Source: an uncultured delta proteobacterium
GTDB taxonomy: Bacteria; Myxococcota_A; UBA9160; UBA4427
Length of the DNA stretch: 64,000 nucleotides
Assembly (NCBI GenBank): GCA_963822965.1
Contig: CAWGJT010000005.1
Location: 160,001-224,000, forward strand
Direction: 5' to 3'
Part shown: piece by piece, positions 60,820 to 64,000 of the stretch
Numbering within the stretch: the first letter of the stretch is position 1
Layout of the letters: each line of letters opens with the position of its first letter
The notes under the pieces: generated by a model
Told to the model about the DNA's origin: nothing
Seen by the model: the letters and a program-made list of their open reading frames with translations, nothing else
The model's database searches: none
Made by a program: the position numbers and the translations under genes

Positions 60820-62055
60820 TCAGCCCAGGCGGTTGCGGAACAGCCGCCCGTCCTTCGCGATCACGGCGAGGTTCTTCTCGGGGTGCTCGAGGAGCGAGAG
60901 GTCGGCGAGCGGATCGCCGTCGACGACGAGCAGGTCGGCGCGTGCGCCCGGGGCCACGACGCCCAGCTCGCCGCTGCGGCCGAGGATCTCGGCGTTCACC
61001 ACCGTCGCCTGGCGCAGCACCTCGGCGGCCGAGAACACCCGCGCCCGGATGCCGAGCTCGCGGCTCTGCTGCTCGTGGCTCTCGCCGAGGAGATCCGTCC
61101 CGAAGCCGATCGGCACACCGGCCTGCTTCGCGATCTCGAGGGACGCGAGCCCCGCGTCCAGCACGTCCTTCACCTTGGCCAGGCTCCGCTCCGGAAAGCC
61201 CAGGGCCCGTCCCATCTCGTCGATCGCAAAATAGGTGACGAGGGTCGGGACCAGGTACGCCCCCGCCTCGCGCATGCGTCCGGCGGTCTCCGCGTCGATG
61301 AGGTTGCCGTGCTCGATGGTGCGCACGCCCGCCTCCAGCGCGCGGGTGATGGCGGCGGGGGTGTACGCATGGGCCATCGCGTAGGTGCGCCAGCTCTCGG
61401 CCTCCTCGACGATCGCCTGCATCTCTTCGCGGGAGTACTGCAGGTTCCAGATCGGATCCGCGGGGGAGGCGACGCCGCCCGACGCCATGATCTTCAGCTG
61501 GTGGGCGCCCCGGCGCAGCTCCTCGCGCGCCGCCCGGCGCACCGCGGGGACACCGTCGGCCACCAGCGCGATGCCGCTCGCGCGGATCTGGCAGGCGCAC
61601 AGGGCGGGCCCGTCCTCCCGGGGCGTGAAGTCCCCGTGGCCGCCCGTCTGGGAGAGCGCGTGACCCGAGTAGAAGATGCGCGGCCCCGCCACGAGACCGA
61701 GCTCGACGGCCCGGGCCAGACCGTGGTCGGCACCGCCGGCATCCCGCACGCTGGTGAAGCCGCGGAGCAGCATCCGCTCGAGGATCCTGGCCGCCTCGAT
61801 GGCGACGAGCGTCGCCGGCCGCGTCGCCATGGCGGCCAGGTTCATCGTCGTGACCACGACGTGGACGTGCGCGTCGATGAGCCCCGGCATCAGGGTGCGG
61901 CCGCCCACGTCGATCCGCTGCGCCTCGGGCGCCGCGATTTCTCCCGCACTCACCTCGACGATGCGGTCGCCCTCGACGAGCACGTTGTGGCCCGGCAGCC
62001 CGAGGCCCGCGTCGCAGTCGAGCACGGTCGCGTTGCGGAAGAGGATCCGATCCAC
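60820..62055 (-). CDS. Metal-dependent amidohydrolase (Xaa-Pro dipeptidase-like)
   Basis: PGLIDAHVH, GFTSVRDAGG, KIMASGG, AHA, IEHG, FGTD and ADLLVVDGDPL. Confidence 0.93.
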   Translation of the reverse strand: MDRILFRNATVLDCDAGLGLPGHNVLVEGDRIVEVSAGEIAAPEAQRIDVGGRTLMPGLIDAHVHVVVTTMNLAAMATRPATLVAIEAARILERMLLRGFTSVRDAGGADHGLARAVELGLVAGPRIFYSGHALSQTGGHGDFTPREDGPALCACQIRASGIALVADGVPAVRRAAREELRRGAHQLKIMASGGVASPADPIWNLQYSREEMQAIVEEAESWRTYAMAHAYTPAAITRALEAGVRTIEHGNLIDAETAGRMREAGAYLVPTLVTYFAIDEMGRALGFPERSLAKVKDVLDAGLASLEIAKQAGVPIGFGTDLLGESHEQQSRELGIRARVFSAAEVLRQATVVNAEILGRSGELGVVAPGARADLLVVDGDPLADLSLLEHPEKNLAVIAKDGRLFRNRLG

Positions 62056-62059
62056 GGCG

Positions 62060-62362
62060 TCAGGACACCGGGCCCACCGACGCGATCTCGTACTTCTCGA
62101 GATTCATCTCCTTCACGCCGAGCCCACCCACCTTGCTCCGGAAGGCCGCCATGTGAGGCGCCTGGAAGTGCTCGTCCAGCGCCGCCTGGCTCTCCCACTT
62201 CTCGAAGATGTAGAAGACCCCGGGGTCGCTGAGATCCGAAGAGAACGCGTACGCCAGGTTGCCCGGCTCCTCCTGCGTGGCCTGCATCATCTCCCGGGCC
62301 GCCGCCGCGGCCTCGTCCTTCTTCGTCGGGTCGATACGGATGGTTCCGGCGATCACGAGCAT
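62060..62362 (-). CDS. ABM-family (putative quinol monooxygenase) protein
   Basis: TQEEPGNLAYAFSSD..DP..FYIFEKWESQAALDEHFQAPHM. GGAGG RBS. Confidence 0.88.
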   Translation of the reverse strand: MLVIAGTIRIDPTKKDEAAAAAREMMQATQEEPGNLAYAFSSDLSDPGVFYIFEKWESQAALDEHFQAPHMAAFRSKVGGLGVKEMNLEKYEIASVGPVS

Positions 62363-63555
62363 GACGTTTCCTCCTCGGGAGCGGGCTCGTCCACCGGCCG
62401 CAGCCCCACCATCCGGCGAAAGGTGCGGTGCATGTTGATGAGCGAGGGCTCGTTGCGGCCGAAGGTCGTATACCGCCTCAGGCCCGTGTCGAAGTTCTTC
62501 TGGACGTCCGCGCTGACCCGGTAGTCCTCGGTCTCGACCACACGGTAGATGAAGTCGAAGTGGGCCTCGGCGGCCCGGCGCGCCGCCGCGTCGGGCAGAC
62601 CGCCGCGCCAGTAGAGGTGGTAGCGGGTGAGGTGCTCGCCGACCGCATCGCTCGGGAAGAGCTGGAAGAGCTCCACGGCACCCGGCGAGACCAGCAGCGA
62701 GATGTTCGGGTACAGGTAGTGGACGAAGCTGAAGTAGTGCAGCGGGTCCGGCCATTCGGCTTCGGGCTTGCCGGCGAGCTCGACGATGACCTTGGCGGGA
62801 AAGCCCAGCCGGTGGTGCTCTCCGTGGCGCCCGTAGCGGTCGTAGGTCATGCAGTTGGTCATCGCGGCGACGCCCACGGTCTTCGGATGCAGGGGCCCGA
62901 AGTGGTACCCCTCGCAGAACGTGTCGAGCGCGAGCTTCCAGTTCGAGCGCAGCCGAAGCTCCCCGCTCTTCACGTGGGCCGCGGCGGCGAGGTTCCAGCC
63001 GCCCAGCTGCGGGCCGAGCTCGCCGAGGTGCTCGTCGATCGTGAAGGCGGCATCGGGCCGCGGCGCCGCGTAGACCAGGCCGTACTTCTCCTCGCAGGGC
63101 AGCTCCTGCAGGCCGTAGCCGGCGGGGTCGACGCGACCGAAGGTCTCCGCCTTGAAGATCTTCGTGCAGCGTCCGTCGAGATCGTAGGCCCACGCGTGAT
63201 AGGGACACACGAATCCCCGCGCGAGCCGGCCGCTACCCTCGACGAGCCGCGCCGCACGGTGCTGGCAGGCGTTCAAGAAGGCGCGCACCCGGCCGTCGTG
63301 CCCGCGCACCACCACCATCGGCACGCCGACGTCCTCGTGCGTGCGGAACGAGCCCGGAACGGGCAGGTCGCCGCTCAGGCATACGAGCTGGGGCGCTCGA
63401 GCGAAGATGCGCTCCTTCTCGAGCGCGAACTGCTCGGGATCGGTGTAGGTGGAGACGGGGTTGCGACGGGGCCCGTCGGGATGGCTCGCCGTCGTGCCCG
63501 TCTGCGCGTAGTGGATCATGCGCTTCGCGACTTCGATGAGTTCGGCGCGGTCCAT
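62353..63555 (-). CDS. Rieske non-heme iron oxygenase alpha subunit
   Basis: Rieske CQH...CPYH and the mononuclear site NWK...D...EGYH....H...ED. Confidence 0.93.
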   Translation of the reverse strand: MDRAELIEVAKRMIHYAQTGTTASHPDGPRRNPVSTYTDPEQFALEKERIFARAPQLVCLSGDLPVPGSFRTHEDVGVPMVVVRGHDGRVRAFLNACQHRAARLVEGSGRLARGFVCPYHAWAYDLDGRCTKIFKAETFGRVDPAGYGLQELPCEEKYGLVYAAPRPDAAFTIDEHLGELGPQLGGWNLAAAAHVKSGELRLRSNWKLALDTFCEGYHFGPLHPKTVGVAAMTNCMTYDRYGRHGEHHRLGFPAKVIVELAGKPEAEWPDPLHYFSFVHYLYPNISLLVSPGAVELFQLFPSDAVGEHLTRYHLYWRGGLPDAAARRAAEAHFDFIYRVVETEDYRVSADVQKNFDTGLRRYTTFGRNEPSLINMHRTFRRMVGLRPVDEPAPEEETSCS

Positions 63556-63693
63556 CCAGTCCCCCGCAAGGCCCGGGCCAGGAGGACACGATCGGATCCG
63601 GGCCCGGCGCACGCGATCATAGGAGGGAAGCGCCGGGAGCACAGCCGGCCGCCGGCGGCGCGCCGGATCGGACAACGGGCCGACCGGATCGCG

Positions 63694-64000
63694 TCAGTCG
63701 CGCAGGTGAGCCGTCTCGTTCAGGCTTGCCAGGCTGCGCTCGCCGCTCGAGGCGGCGAAGAAGCGGTTCACGCTCGTGTACGTGACGTCCACGAAGAGCC
63801 GGGGCGCGAGACCGAGCACGTGCGCGGCCCACGCGTTGATCACCCCGCCGTGGCAGAACACGGCCACCCGGCGTCCCGGGTTCGCGTCGATGATGGACTC
63901 GATCGTATCGACCACGAGGCCGTGGAAGGCGAGGAAGTCCTCCTCCGGCGCGTAGCCGCCCGCGACCAGCGCCTTCCAGCGCTCGTAGTCCTGTTCCTTC
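63694..64000 (-). CDS. Histidine phosphatase (phosphoglycerate mutase family), 3' part
   Basis: VAVFCHGGVIN...YTSVNRF...SLNETAHL. The frame stays open to the window end. Confidence 0.85.
   Translation of the reverse strand, partial: KEQDYERWKALVAGGYAPEEDFLAFHGLVVDTIESIIDANPGRRVAVFCHGGVINAWAAHVLGLAPRLFVDVTYTSVNRFFAASSGERSLASLNETAHLRD

Overview
High-GC bacterial window. The orphan groEL, sigma54 promoters, PEP-CTERM proteins and lipid/steroid-type enzymes suggest a Myxococcota-like organism (inference only). About 50 genes plus a tRNA-Pro(UGG) can be supported. Most are housekeeping or catabolic: groEL, malic enzyme, tkt, zwf/gnd, leuCD, an AddAB-like helicase-nuclease pair, lgt, a MenA-like prenyltransferase, an acyl-CoA ligase, SDRs and a Rieske oxygenase. 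The best candidate for an undescribed system is a ~9.5-kb cluster at 4383-13930. It encodes a membrane kinase with a FixL-type heme-PAS domain and a sigma54 activator, and it has four GG-N10-GC promoter motifs. These precede a CBS protein, a Coq4-like protein, the activator-USP pair (with a K+ channel downstream), and an operon of hemerythrin, two paralogous ferritin-like di-iron proteins and a small LysW/rubredoxin-like CxxC..CxxC protein. Other notable items: a 159-bp MITE with perfect 16-bp TIRs and a CTAG duplication at a stop codon; a 4-unit palindromic REP-like array after leuD; tandem repeats in leaders; a possible integrase relic next to the tRNA; and two adjacent surface proteins sharing one domain but ending in different C-terminal sorting tails. 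Many conserved genes (groEL, zwf, leuC, addAB, two others) are frameshifted, most likely from assembly indel errors. Starts were chosen by eye and family calls come from motif recognition, not database searches.
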